A stretch of 64,000 nt of DNA, from NCBI GenBank assembly GCA_951406725.2, contig OX597817.1, positions 89,342,001 to 89,406,000 on the forward strand, in the 5' to 3' direction. The stretch comes from Octopus vulgaris. Its lineage: Eukaryota. How positions within the stretch are numbered: position 1 is the first letter of the stretch; each line of letters starts with the position of its first letter. Shown one piece after another: positions 12,569-29,113 of this stretch. The notes under the pieces are model-generated. The model worked only from the letters and a program-made list of their open reading frames with translations. It did not search any database and had not been told where the DNA came from. The position numbers were made by a program, and so were the translations under genes.

Positions 12569-13015
12569 TGAGTGAGAGAGCAGTGCATGCCATCAAAGTG
12601 GCATTAGGGTAAAATATGCGAAGCCCAGTATACCCATCATGACTACCCGTCTGATAAGAGTACACCAAGCACATGCATCACGACCATATATGCGCGACAT
12701 GGTGATCTCATATCAAGATAAACAGCGCATGACCTTGCACCATTTAGAATTTTCTTCAGGTCAAGTAGCCCACTCCGCTCAAAAGGTCACTGAATAAGGG
12801 TTGTTTAAGGATGCTGAACGAAAAACCTATGTTTCCGGAGGTGAGTTATTCAAACTCCAAATAATTCCTCTCAACATATGACTATGATGCTCCCCAACTA
12901 CTTCTGCTCGTGATCAGAGATGCACATATCGTTAGCCACTAAGGGTCATGCTTAACTGGTTAAAGTCAAACAACTGACGAGCAAATCTGAATATTGTAGC
13001 TCGTTTTTTTATACC
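12569..13015 (-). mobile_element. Non-coding interspersed element (family T) in trinucleotide repeats
   Basis: Homologous to 13739-14178 and 39170-39713; strand inferred from the constant end. Confidence 0.8.
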
Positions 13016-13093
13016 ATTATTATTATTATTATCATTCTTCTTCTTCTTCTTCTTCTTCTTCTTCTTCTTCTTCTTCTTCTTCTTCTTCTTCTT

Positions 13094-13124
<31 letters not shown>

Positions 13125-13130
13125 TTATTA

Positions 13131-13165
<35 letters not shown>

Positions 13166-13203
13166 TTTCTCCTCCTCCTCCTCCTCCTTCTTCTTCTTCT
13201 TAC

Positions 13204-13612
13204 CATAGGTTGTCTGGTCGGAGAAGCGCAAACGTGCGCAACCCCGAGCTGGTCTATCTGATACATCATGAAGAGAACTGGGACCAAAGTTGACTTCGGG
13301 GGGGGGGGGGGCAATTTGGATCAATCGAAGGCATTCGATAGGGTTGAACATTGGAAGCCATCCTGAAAGCAGGCGGTTTCGGACCCGTTTTCAGGGGATG
13401 GATCGCTGTAATGCTCAGTGGCACCTGTTCATTGGTATAAGTAAATGGTCAGCTATCGGAGCCGTTTGGCATCGCACGCTCGGTCCGTCAGGGCTGCTCG
13501 ATGTCACCTCTTCTGTACGTATTGGCACTCGAGTCACTGCTGTGGAAGTTGGAAAAGCTAAGGGTCATACCTTTCGAACTAGGACAAGGAAGGGCGGTGT
13601 CGGCATACGCGA
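13204..13612 (+). pseudogene. L1/Tx1-clade LINE reverse-transcriptase fragment
   Basis: LVGEAQTCA; LDQSKAFDRVEH; GFGPVFRGWI; V*VNGQLSEPFGIARSVRQGCSMSPLLYVLALE; ends at SAYA; frameshifted. Confidence 0.9.
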
Positions 13613-13692
13613 TACCAGTCAATTAATGGGGTCGATGCGATCAACTTGCCCGCTCCTCAAAATTTCAGGCCTTGTGACTTCAGCAGAAAGGA

Positions 13693-13738
<46 letters not shown>

Positions 13739-13739
<1 letters not shown>

Positions 13740-14176
13740 GAGTGAGAGAGTAGTGCATGCATCAAAGTAAAACTGGGGTAAAATATACGAAGCTCAGTAT
13801 GCCCATCACGACTACCCGTCTGATAAGGGTACACCAGGCACATGCATCACAACCATATGTGCGCGACATGGTGATCTCATATCAAGACAAACAGTACATG
13901 ACCTTGCAGGTGGGACCCAGTTAGAATTTTCTTCTGGTCGAGTAGCCCATCCCACTCAAAAGGTCCCAGAATAACGATTGTGTAAGGATGTTGAACGAAC
14001 CACCCATGTTTCCAAAGGTGAATTATCCAAACCTCCAAGAATTCCTCTCAACACACGACTATGATGCTCCCCCACTACTTCTGCTCATGATTAGAGCTGC
14101 ACATATCGTCAGCCATTAAGGGACATGGTCAACTGGTTAAGGTCAAACAACTGACAAGCAAATCTGTGGTATTGAG

Positions 14177-14178
<2 letters not shown>
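13739..14178 (-). mobile_element. Family T element, (ATT)n on both sides
   Basis: Direct-repeat homologue of 12569-13015. Confidence 0.8.
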
Positions 14179-14227
<49 letters not shown>

Positions 14228-14364
14228 TATTATTATTAGTTTGCACCCGGTGCTCATTTGAGATGTTATGGACCATGTTTTGTGAACCATCATTTGCAAA
14301 ACCAATATACTCTACAACCATATGTTAAGTATTTTACACATTCACTTATGCGCGTGTGCACCTA

Positions 14365-14402
<38 letters not shown>

Positions 14403-14677
14403 ATTAGCCTTTCCGTATTTATGTGTGCGAGCGTCTGCACGTGTATGTATGGTTATATACATGTGTGTGTGTGCCTGTGTATGCGTGTAACAAAACCAAA
14501 ATCCATAACCATCGGACCAAGTGAGTATGATTTGTGAAGTGGCAACCCATACTATTTTGTCGCTGTTTGTTTTAGATGCCCGTATAGTCGCGAACAGACT
14601 AAGACACGCTCTCAGTCCTCCTATCCGTAGCCCATTAGAATGCCAACGATGTAACACTCTGAGAGTGAGAGAAAGAG

Positions 14678-14746
<69 letters not shown>

Positions 14747-15153
14747 CTAGTCTTCAGCGGGTACTCATTTTCAGCTGAGCAGGCTTGAGAAACGTGAAAT
14801 GATGTGCCTTTCTTAATATGACACAAGGCAACGCCCAGTCCAGGAATTGAACATTTAACTTTATAATCACCAGCTCCACACCATAACCACTTGGCCCCAC
14901 ATGTGTGCATACTTTTCTTGGGGATTCATTTAAGATTTTTCCATTGTAGCATTCAAGTGGTATGGCTCTTTTGTTTAAGCCAAGACGACTCTTCGGTGTT
15001 AAAGGATTTGGGAGTTGGATAATGTGTGTATAGTGAATGAGAGATAGAAAGAGAGAGAGAAAGGGAGAGAAAGAAAAGCATAGTGAGAGAGAGCGAGAGA
15101 CAGTGAGAGAGAGCGAGAGACAGTGAGAGAGAGAGAGAGACTGCATGTGCATG

Positions 15154-15179
<26 letters not shown>

Positions 15180-15200
<21 letters not shown>

Positions 15201-15421
15201 CTGTGTTTGTACCCCCAACATCGCTTGACAACCGATGCTGGTGTGATTACATCCCCGTAACTTAGCGGTTCGGCAAATGTGATCGATAGAATAAGTACTG
15301 GGCTTACAAAGAATAAGTCCTGGGGTCGATTTGCTCGACTACAAAAAACAAAAAAGGCGGTGCTCCAGCATGGCCACAGTCAAATGACTGAAACAAGTAA
15401 AAGAGTAAAGGAGTAAAGAGT
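15180..15421 (+). mobile_element. SINE family A, 3' half
   Basis: Matches 2180-2393. Confidence 0.85.
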
Positions 15422-15496
15422 ACTACCAGAGGGTTGTAACACAGCCTTTACACACACACACGCACGCACACACACACACACACATACACACGCATA

Positions 15497-16996
15497 CATC
15501 CAGAACCACGATAATAGCATAGGAGTGAAATTTAGGATTTCTCGGACTTCTGTGAATCGATTTTGACAAGACTTTTCCCAACTGGTTTGCTCACTATGGC
15601 AACACCACTGTTATGTTTTCATTCTTGTGTGTAATGTCCTTTCTTTTTTATTTCAGATTCTTCAGTTTTTGGGTGAACCACGCTAATAGCTTTTGAATGA
15701 AAATAGCTCATCTAGACATTTTTTTTTTCAGAAAAAGAAGGTTAATGATATATTAAGCATACATGGATTATAATAGAAAACCATAATAGTATTATAACAT
15801 TTATTGACATAATGAATTATTTAGTCACATGAGCGCCATTTTGATGGATAACTTCAAAAACCCTATTAGTCATGAAATCTATCAATTTCTTAATAGTAGC
15901 AGGTTGGACTGCCTCTGCTGCAGCTTTGATGGTCACCCATAAGACATCTTTCGATGTAAATTGGCGTCCATCAGCATAAACATCTTGTTTAATGATGGCC
16001 CAAAGATTTTCGATAGGATTGAGATCCGGAGATGCTGGCGGACACTCGATCGACCTTTCACCTTGTATGCCGTAAGACCCTAGTAATGTTTGGGTGGTCC
16101 TAACAGAGTTGGAAGGTGTGTTGTCATGCATGAATACGAGATTTCTTAAAAGTGACAGCGGTATGTCATCTAGCCAGAGATCCAAGACCTCCTTCAGAAG
16201 ATTGCAGTTGGTGGCTGCGGTCACTTTAATCCCTTCAAGTACTCTGACTGGGCCATCAAGTTTATCGCTAATGATACCATCCCACAACATGACTCCTCCA
16301 CTGTCACTGACGTCGAAAACGTTGGTGACGCTCATCTCCAAAATAGATTCAACCATTTTCCCAACTGTCAGGGGTCACCTTGGTTTCCTCAGTGAACAGA
16401 ACACAACTGTAACGTCATGTACATTTGGGCCCTTTGAAACCTCAAACTCCTGTGATGGGACGTTAAAGGAGGCAATTTCAGGGGTTCTCGCACGTAAGCC
16501 ATGGTCCCGAAAATGCGATTTCTGGGCGTTTTTGGTAAATCTGGAGGCGGTGAAAATGGTTTTGCTTGTTTGTCCAGATTTCCCACGTAACTTGCGGCCA
16601 ATATTCCTTAAATCTCTAGCTGTCACAGTCTTGGAGGTCCCACAATTGGATCGATTCTTCCTTGACGAAGGGTCCTTCTGGACTCGTCTAACCGTGTTCA
16701 CATGATAACCTAACTTCTCCGCAGTGACATGAAGAGAGGTACATTTAGAATTTTCCTTGATGATGAAGGACTTTTTTTAGGCATTAAAGCCTTTTCTACG
16801 TCCCCTTGTTCATAGGGAGGAGAGCCGCTATTAGTTTGGTTCACTCCAAAACTGAACGTTACACAAAATAAAGAAAACATAACAGTGGTGTTGCCATAGT
16901 TTGCAAACCAGCTGGGAAAAGCCTTGTCAAAATCGATTCAGAGAAAACCGAGAAATTTTAAATTTCACTCCTAAGCAATTAGGGTGGCTCTGGGTC
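15497..16996 (-). mobile_element. Tc1-family DNA transposon, near full length, decayed
   Basis: ~120-bp TIRs (15497-15620 / ~16873-16996) flanked by TA; internal transposase. Confidence 0.92.
15817..16812 (-). pseudogene. Tc1 DDE transposase, frameshifted
   Basis: GGVMLWDGI, FMHDNTPSN, PPASPDLNPIENLWAIIK in ORF 15817-16356; N-terminal pieces in ORFs 16375-16701 and 16389-16601. Confidence 0.9.
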
Positions 16997-17002
16997 TATA
17001 TA

Positions 17003-19642
<2,640 letters not shown>

Positions 19643-20382
19643 TATATATACCCAGTGTGGGGTACCAACTTTCAGTGTGATTAGCTTTGTTTTCAGTATT
19701 GTTTCTGCTAAAACACACACACGCATATACAAACACACACTCACACATGCATATAAATATGAAATTTTCTCCTACGTACATTACACAAAAAATTACTTCC
19801 TTTGTGTTTGTGATGTTAATAACTGTTATTACCAAGTGTGTGTGTATGTGTGTGTGTGAGTGAGTGTGTACGTGTGTCGGTGTGCGCGCGCGTGTATGTG
19901 TGTGGGTGTTATCGCGCACACGAGTGTTCGTCTGTGTTTGTTCATGTTTTTGTGAACTTGTGTATGTATCTGTAACGTGTGTATGAGTATATGTATTTGT
20001 GTGTGTGTGAGCCCGCTCGCACGTGTGTGCGCCTATGCTTGAGTGTATGTAGACGAGGGTGTTGGTGAAAGATAGAATTATTTAATTAATTAATTCCTGT
20101 AATTATTTTCTCTAATGATTAAGTTCATTACTCATGAATTTATTTTTATATGTGTGTGTATGTGTGCATGTGTATGTTTGTGTATGTATATGTTTATGTA
20201 TGTCTGTGTATGTGAGTGTATGCATTTACGCAGAGGAGTGTTTGTATGTATATATCCGTCTGCCTGTCAGTCTTTGCATTTATGTGTTTATGTATATGAG
20301 GATACATATACACGTAAGCATACATAAAACAGACATACACATTTAAATACTCTCTCACACACATGCAGAAACATACACATAC

Positions 20383-20421
<39 letters not shown>

Positions 20422-20475
20422 GCATGCATATTATATATGTATACATTCATATACACATTATATATGTTTGTGTGA

Positions 20476-20511
<36 letters not shown>

Positions 20512-20683
20512 ATACACATGCACAGATTCCGTACACATACACACACATATATGTATATATGTATGTATATATATGTGCAGATATATATGTGTGTGAAGAT
20601 ATGTGTATATATATGTATATATATATGTATATATATGCATATGTATATATATATGCATATATATATATTCATACATATACGTG

Positions 20684-20718
<35 letters not shown>

Positions 20719-20856
20719 GTATATATATGCATATGTATATATATATATGCATATATATATATTATATACATATACGTGTATATATATATATGTATATATA
20801 TATATGTACATATATATATATATACACACACACACACATATATGTGTGTGTGTCTA

Positions 20857-20891
<35 letters not shown>

Positions 20892-21529
20892 CTATGTATG
20901 CATGTACGTGTATATATACAGGCACACCCACACATTGTTGTAGCATTACTGGTTGACTCTGATTGTTGTGGACAAAATAGATTTGCGTTAGTGTTTGTTG
21001 ATGTGGCTGTGTTGGTTATGGCGATGGCTTTCGTTGATGTGATAACTATTGATAGTGGATTGGCAGTAGATATCAGTAATAGCCGTAGTAGTAGCTGTGT
21101 TGAATGTGGTTGTCGTGGTGATATTGATGTTGTAGTGTTTGCTCGTCGTGGTGGCCATGGTAGTGATTCCGTTGGCGGCTGTAGTTGTTATAGTCAATAT
21201 TGAAAAAGTGGGGGAAAAAGCATCTTCTTGTCGCAAAGATTCTTCCTGTCGACATTTCGAATTAGAACTGTACTGAAATAAGAGCAAGGGTTGTTTTGCA
21301 GACGCACATTTTGGAAATTGGTAAACTTCATGGCACCGGAATGGTTGGAACGGTTGGTTGTCTTTAATGGAGTTCACTGACCGACCGGTTACCAATTATG
21401 TGATTGGTTAATATCTCATTCCGACGGACAATGTCATCCAACAGAACACACAAGCAGGATTACTAATATGTACTTACTCGACCAGCTACAGACAGCAGCC
21501 AAATTTCCATCATGTGCCCATTAGGGGAG

Positions 21530-21941
21530 GGGCTGAGTCGATTACATCGACTCAACTATTCAGTTGGTACTCATTTTATCGACCTCCGAAAGGATGAAAG
21601 GCAAAGTCGACCTTGGCGGAATTTGAACTCAGTACGTAAAGATGGGTGAAATGCTGTCAGCATTTTGTTCGGCGTGCTAATGATTCTGCCAGCTTGACGC
21701 CTTAAATGGACATATTAATAATTCTTTCTACCGTAGGTACAAGGAATAAAATATTGAGGGTAGGGGCTAGTCGATTACATCGATTCTAATTCTCAACTGT
21801 CATTTTTTTAAAAATCGCCCCTAGAGGATGAGAGGTAAGTCAGCCTCGGGAGGAATTTGAACTTGGAACATAAAAGCGGGACAAATCCCACTTAACATTA
21901 CCGCTCAGCGTGCTCACGATTCTGCCAGCTCAACGCCTCAA
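21530..21941 (-). mobile_element. Two diverged SINE family B copies (21530-21703, 21735-21941)
   Basis: GGATGAAAGGCAAAGTCGACC..GGAATTTGAACT..TTCTGCCAGCT. Confidence 0.8.
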
Positions 21942-22914
21942 GCGGAAAAATTAATAATATAGTCCAATATATAGTAAAATTGATCTGGCTTGGGTCAAAT
22001 AACAAAATCAAATTATTCTCATACTTCTATATGCCTTCCATACGGTTTCGTTTCACAGCCGTAGTCTCAAAATATTTCATATTCTCTGATATTTAACACT
22101 TTCAGCAAAAGCATGACGTCCTCAACTCCCAATTCCATGTCTCTATATAATTCAGTTAGTTCTATCATCAACCACTGTTCCATCAGAATCTTTAATCGTG
22201 CTAATGAATATAACAGCCTAATGAGTCTTCATATATTATCTAATATCTATATTTGTATCTCATTCATTTAATGATCTCATTATTAATTATCTTGTGACTC
22301 TAAAATATCTCATTACTTTAATTAGCTAATGATTCTATTTATCCAGTGAGTCCATCAGAATAAATATTATATAACATCTATATTTTCATATTAATAATAT
22401 TCGCAATAAAGATATGAACGTCAGCGAAGTTGTATTGCTTCGTCTATCCAGCAAAGTGTTAGTCATCAACTTCCGATACTCCTGGCCTGTTTCTCTTGTA
22501 ATAGCTCAAAGAGCTTTAATCTAATGCAGCTCGGTGGTCTAGTCGTTAGAGCGTCGTATGGAATGCCTTTCTGCATTCGTTTTAACTCACCGCATTCAGA
22601 GATCAAATCCTACCGAGGTCAATTTTGACTTTCAGATCTTCGGGTCGATAAATAAAATGACTGTCAGATATGGGGCCGTTTCTCTTTCTCCCTGAATCAG
22701 CCACGTTGAACGGAGACAAGAAAGGGGGAGTCACAGCGTCGAATCATCAATCATTGCACTGCCACCGCCACCACCACTTCATTTGACGTGAGATGAAAGA
22801 AAATTTGAGTGAGATAATGGTAGCTACACCATCTTATTACTTTACTCGATTAATACACATTTGTAAAAATAATGAGCGTTGCTGCGTCACATTTATATAT
22901 CTATATCCATATAT

Positions 22915-22980
<66 letters not shown>

Positions 22981-23379
22981 CGAAGCGCACGCATCCCTTT
23001 TAAGTAAGATTGTTCTTTATATCAAGTTTTGTTCTTGATATTAACTTTAATGCGCACTCTTAACCTTTCTGTCCCATCCCTTTCTCAGCCTTCATTCTTT
23101 GATTTCCTCTACTTAACTTGTCTCTTCCTCTCTCTCTATTCTTCACTCTCTCTCTCCCCCTCTCCATTCTTCATGGTTTCCTCGCAACCATTCCCCTTCT
23201 TCTCTCCCTTTCTCTTGCTCCTCCTTCCCCCTCCCGTCGTTGACCCGCGACGAGACTTCCGCTGCTGTCTTTCTGGCCTGGCCCTCTCAAGGTATGGACG
23301 ACAATTCTTTTTGCTCCTCTCGTCGTTCATAAAAAAATCCGCGTTCGCAATACTTTTTTTCGTTCGGCGTTAACAGCCC

Positions 23380-23745
23380 TTCTTATCTTGTTTTTCCTTG
23401 TCCTGTCTTTTACTGTTTATAATTTGTACTGTCGTTACAGTCCTGTTTTTGTTACCATTTTTTACCCCTCTGCGAAAAGATCTCAGACTTTTAATTGATT
23501 TGCTTTTCGCAGGAAGGAAAGTTTCTTGTCGAAGATACGTCTCGCTTTCACCTTCGAAACGTAGAGTAGATGAAACCATAGCGACTGAAGAAGGGTTTTT
23601 TTCTCTGTGTTAATTGTCCTGTACTCTATTTTTTTGTTGTTTAAAAAAATGTCCAGTTCCTTTGGTTTGTGTCTATGTTTTCGTTTCTCATTGTGTTCGA
23701 CGCCCTTTTGGTGTCCTGTACTCATATATGCGTGTATATGTACGT
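23380..23745 (+). repeat. Interspersed repeat family P1
   Basis: Reverse-complement homologue of 820-1165; preceded by pyrimidine and CpG-rich sequence from ~23040. Confidence 0.7.
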
Positions 23746-23802
23746 GTAGAGGTAGGTACGTACATATATGTTTATATATATGCATATGTTTTATTTTATT
23801 TA

Positions 23803-23849
<47 letters not shown>

Positions 23850-23853
<4 letters not shown>

Positions 23854-23988
23854 GAGACCAAAGTATAACCAGCCGAAATTGCAAAGATAACCTGGAACTC
23901 GACTGAGGAAAAAAACTGCGAATGACTCATCCTTGTTTTCTTTGTATCGTCTATCTGGATGTTTTGTGCTGTTGTCCCTTTTTGTATG
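23850..23988 (+). repeat. Interspersed repeat family P2 fragment between (TA)n tracts
   Basis: Homologous to 34650-34780 (CAGCCGAAATTGC..GACTGANGA..TCGTCTAT..ATGTTTTG..TTGTCCC). Confidence 0.7.
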
Positions 23989-23992
23989 TATG

Positions 23993-24046
<54 letters not shown>

Positions 24047-24306
24047 GTGGATATATCACGGAATGGCTCGAAAATGGTGCCTCCACGAGAGAAACGGATT
24101 TGATTTTCGATATCCGCATCCGAACGACAACGTTTACGGTAATAATTAATCAAAAAATATAATTTTCTACGAGAAACAACTCAAGTTTTACATGGACAAA
24201 TTTGCCATTCTCTAGCTGTCTCCATTCAGCACTCTCTGTCTTTTAGGCCTGTCTCCTCTCTATATCACTCCATATATATGTATATCTCTCACTCATGCTG
24301 CTACTC

Positions 24307-24347
<41 letters not shown>

Positions 24348-25758
24348 TATGACTTGTAATTGCTTTCAATCTCTTTAAAAGGTCGTACTTTTTACTTTCA
24401 TTTAGTGATAGCTATCACGTAGAAAATGCTAGCTTCAAATCCTATTTTATGATTGGATAAAAATTATCAAAATTTAGACCTCTGTAAAATTTTTCTAAAA
24501 TCTTTCTGGAATAAATAAATCTCAAAATCCGATCCAGCGGGGAAAAGTACATCACTTATTTTAAATCTTCACTTATTTTCACTTATTTTAAATCTTCAAA
24601 ATCAGTAACGGTAACAAAAAAGATCTTTCATTCTATTTGTCTAGCTCTACCATGTACGCTTTCCTCATTGTAAACTTTCCCCTTTTCTCTAAATGCGTGC
24701 AACACTCTCTCTCGTTTTTCCATATGTATATCGCTCATGTTGAGTGTGTGTGTATTGCGCGCGTGTGTTTGTGCATGTGTGTGTGTATGTGCGTGCGCGT
24801 GCGTATGTGTATGGGAACACGCACAGACGCCTAACCACATACGTATATTATATATTAGATGATGAGGAAGATTATATAAAAATCTTAGAACAGTTTTCTA
24901 TGATCGGGCAAAATAGGTTGGAAACTAATGCTCAAAAGTTCTTTAACCATCCAGACTGTAAGAGATTGATGGTTACAACCTACAAGAACTTGAAGACCGT
25001 GTGTGTCAATGCATAGGGAGTGATTGTATTTTTAAGTCTACATGATTATTTCCTCAGAATAGAAGTGTTGAGCAATCTGTCAAATTTTAAATCTATGTTG
25101 CGATTTTTCTCTACAAGATGGATTTTGACGTCATATATTTACAGCATAAGTAAATTAAACATTCGATTATTTCTTTCAAAATATTGTGAAATTCTTATGT
25201 TTCATTTTTATCTAGATTTGAATTTGCATTTATACAAACCTTGCGGACTCCTCTTCGCGTTTTGAAGATTAACCTGGACCATATGTTTCGTTTCAAAAGT
25301 TTCAACCAAAATCACCTTTTCAATTACGATATTGCTTCTATTTCTTCTTATTTGGGCGCTCAAAGGTGGTGCAGCTTTACATTTTACTTTATAGATATCT
25401 CTGATGTATAATTGTTCGGTCTGTTGCTTCATTCATTTGAAGTTTTACCCTGTTTCTACTTTGAAGTCACCACGTTAATGCCTTCTTTAAAGTAGAGTTA
25501 ACACTTTCATATTTCTTTTTACATCAGAATTTCTCTCTCGTCATCGCCAATACAGATTGTATTTTGGTGATTATTACCGTAATAGTTGAGGCTATATCTC
25601 TCACTTTATACTGAGGCTGTTGCAAACGGCATATAAATTTACAATTCAAATGGCTGCTGACCGTCATGACACAGCTGCTACCGAAGGCAGTACTTTGATT
25701 CTTTGTTTTGGGCACGTGCCTCTCTCTCCCACTCTCTCTCGCTCTCGCTTTCTTTCTT

Positions 25759-25790
<32 letters not shown>

Positions 25791-25841
25791 TCTCACATAC
25801 ACAGATTGATTGTGTCATATGGGCAAAATCAATCTGTTTAA

Positions 25842-25881
<40 letters not shown>

Positions 25882-25972
25882 GAAAATAATATATGTATGC
25901 ATATATATATATATATATAGATGCATATATCCATTATACACAGATATCTATCTGTCTGTCTATCTATCTATT

Positions 25973-26098
<126 letters not shown>

Positions 26099-26115
26099 AT
26101 CTATCTATCTATTAT

Positions 26116-26156
<41 letters not shown>

Positions 26157-26499
26157 TATATATATGCACATATACATACATACGTATATATATATATGTG
26201 TGTGTGTGTTAAACAAAAAAATTAAATACCCAGACTTAGAACATTATACAAATAACTGGAACAATATAAATACCAAAGACAATTATCACAAAACTAACCA
26301 CACTCCAAACGAAACTAATAAACACATTAACAATATCAACAACATAGATAAGATTAATACCAATAATATAAAAAAAAAACTATAGAAATAATGCTAAGAT
26401 TCAAACTAAGATAACTAACAATATTAAAAATGATAAAAAAAAACTAATACCAACAACGGGAAAATTAATAAAATTAAGGATACCAACACGACTAATAAT

Positions 26500-26543
<44 letters not shown>

Positions 26544-26588
26544 TGATGATGATAATCGTAATAATAATAGCAAAATTCTTAATGTTAC

Positions 26589-26837
26589 TCTTTTCCAGCT
26601 GGCAGTTTGTGTCCATGTAGTATGAGTACAGCAACTGTGTGTCGCTTTAAAAAGTATATAGTATGAGCAAGTCGAATAAGCCCCCATCACTATCCTGTGA
26701 TTGTCCCGCACTGAAGACGGGAAACAGCCCAGAAACCTAGTCCTGTGAATATCACGAAGGCTAGAGATGGGAGTGATAACTTCCCTTGCTGATACTACAC
26801 GGACACAAACAGTATGTCGGTAGCCAGCTGGAAAAGA
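26589..26837. mobile_element. Fold-back element with imperfect terminal inverted repeats and a central hammerhead
   Basis: TCTTTTCCAGCTGGC / GCCAGCTGGAAAAGA plus GTTTGTGTCCATGTAGTAT / ATACTACACGGACACAAAC. Confidence 0.75.
26696..26756 (+). ncRNA. Type-I hammerhead-like ribozyme with extended stem I
   Basis: UGUGAU..CGCA-CUGAAGA-CGGG-AAACAG-CCCA-GAA-ACCUAGU-CC-UGUG..AUCACG; stem I continues past an internal loop. Confidence 0.6.
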
Positions 26838-26967
26838 TGTAAAGGACTGCCACATTTTGTTGGCAAATAAACTTTACTGTTCGGTACTGTTACTGCTTAT
26901 CTCTCGCTCAGATATTTAAAACTAGTAATTTTTTTTACACACACACACACACACTTACACACGCATA

Positions 26968-27777
26968 CGTGGTCTGATCAATAAGTATCCGGACTGTTGC
27001 TATAGTAACGAAGCGGATGCACGGAGGGTGAAGCTGCTTGGCACAGATTGACATTGACCTCTGCTGCCCATGCGCCCTAAGCTTTAACGTTCTCGCTCAC
27101 TTCCGCTGTGTGATCATCGCATTGACAATGACAGAGGAAGTTGAGCAGAGAACCTGCATCAAATTTTACCAAAAGCTTGGCGATCCCTGCCCAGAGGTCT
27201 ACGCAAAATTTTCAAAATGTTTTCATCGTGCTCGACACAAGCAAGACCTTTGGCAACTGAAAGTCAAGCGTCCTTTTGGCCAACTGAAAGTAAATTTGGC
27301 ACAAACTTAGCAGACACGCGTCTCATATCGAAATATTCAGTGATAATGGACTAAACTGAAGCGTAACTAATCTGCACCTCCTCTGATAACTCACAGATGG
27401 CGATTCGACAATTTCCCCTTACAGCTGCAAGCACATCTGCGATGTTTCCATCATACCTGCTGGCTGCAGATCTCCGAGAATGTTTGTCAATATCAACACT
27501 TTTTTCGGCCATCTTGAAAAAGTTGAACCACTCGTACACTTGTGTGCGGTTCACACATTGACCATGACAACTTTCTCTGTCATGGTCAATGCGAAGTTCA
27601 CACGCTACACACCTTCTTTCCAAGCAGTGCTGTAAATAGCGGAAGTGAGATAGAACGTTAAAACTAAGTGCGCATGCACAACAAATTTCAAGGTCAATCC
27701 GTGCCAAGCGGCTTTACTCTGCATTATTTAGCTTCGTTACTATGGCAACAATCCGGATACTTATTGATCAGACCGTG
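26968..27777. mobile_element. Mariner-derived non-autonomous element with long inverted ends
   Basis: TIR GGTCTGATCAATAAGTATCCGGA at both ends, TA flanks; + arm MTEEVEQRTCIKF..LG; - arm RTQVYEWF..SVDIDKHSRRS..ELSEEVQISYASV (mariner N-terminal HTH region). Confidence 0.9.
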
Positions 27778-28221
27778 TATACAATCATAAATACATACAT
27801 ACATACATACATACATAAATGCATACATGCATACATGCATACATACACACACAAATGCAAAAAATTAATGTGCATTATTAGAAACAAGACTCCATTCCAG
27901 GTTTTTTTCTTTTTTTTTACATTTTATTAAGGATTTTCCAGATTTCTTCCTTCTTTATGTTTAATTTGGAACATTTCCGAGACCTATCGTCTTTTCAAGA
28001 CCTCTCTGCTCTTATCTTTGTGTCTGTTCTGTTAACACTGTTTTATTATTGTAAACGATAATCAGGAGAATCTTACTGTGGTTTTCTCATACGTTTTTAC
28101 CAGACTTTAGCATTTTCTGATTGTTGGCGTCACGTTTCTTTTACCAACCAGGAAACTGTATGCCAGTGGTATCTAGTTGTTCTTGTTGTTGCTGCTGATG
28201 ATGCTGCTGCTGTTGTTGCCG

Positions 28222-28277
<56 letters not shown>

Positions 28278-28860
28278 CTTTTTCTTTTTTTTCTTTTTCT
28301 TCCAACTTCTCTACCTCTTGTTTTCTTTTCTTCTCGCTTACCTCAAAGCCAACATTGAGCGATCACTTGATCCAACAGTTTTTTAGGAGCTTATAGGAAT
28401 AAATTATCCATATAAGGTGGATTTTATTTCTAGCAGAAGAAGCGATCACATAAAGACTCCCTCATAGTCCTATTATTAATGACCGTGGATGCAGATCCTA
28501 GAAGTCCACCTTACTGGAGTAGGGTTGTCTATGGTTGAACAGTCTGACGTACGAATGACAGTCTATGCCACACAAGACGCACTTGTGAGCTGTCCTGGGA
28601 TTGTTTGAACTTTATGTAGTTTCCTGGGTTATGTTGAGACCATAGTCGAGACCGGAGTGTCCTCTCCAGCGTGTTCTCCAGTTCTATCTCTTCAACATAA
28701 TATTTCAATACGATCCAAGTCTGGGCTGTATGGAAGATAGGTTGTTGTCCATGCAGCATGTCCCTGCGCCACACATCATTGATGGATCCAAAGCAGCATC
28801 GTGGTCATTGCAATTTGTCACCTGTGTCGTCGCAGGAGTTTCCAGAATGAGGCTATAGAC

Positions 28861-29113
28861 CAGTGATCCCCAACCATTTTTTTCCAATGGACTCCTTTGA
28901 TTCCTATTTTACTCGGGTGGACCCACATAACCATTTGACGTTTAAAACTTGCTATTATACTTTTATAATTGAATATTATTAGGGACTGCTTAAAAAAATT
29001 GCTAAAACATTTTGTGTATTGTAGAAATATAACCAATTTATCGCACATAAGTTTTAACAAAAATTCTCATACGGACTCCCAAGAGCCAGATGGATCCAGG
29101 TTGAGAACTACTG
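28861..29113. mobile_element. hAT (Charlie/MER5-type) MITE
   Basis: TIR CAGTGATCCCCAACC / GGTTGAGAACTACTG; 8-bp TSD CTATAGAC / CTATTGAC; homologues at 36971-37229 and ~4050-4130. Confidence 0.85.

Noticed and set aside
21200-21400. Possible host exon
   Set aside because: No recognisable protein motif and no consistent splice pair.
28560-28850. Possible Tc1/mariner remnant (YLPYSPDLDRI on minus)
   Set aside because: Single short motif, no TIRs or supporting frame.
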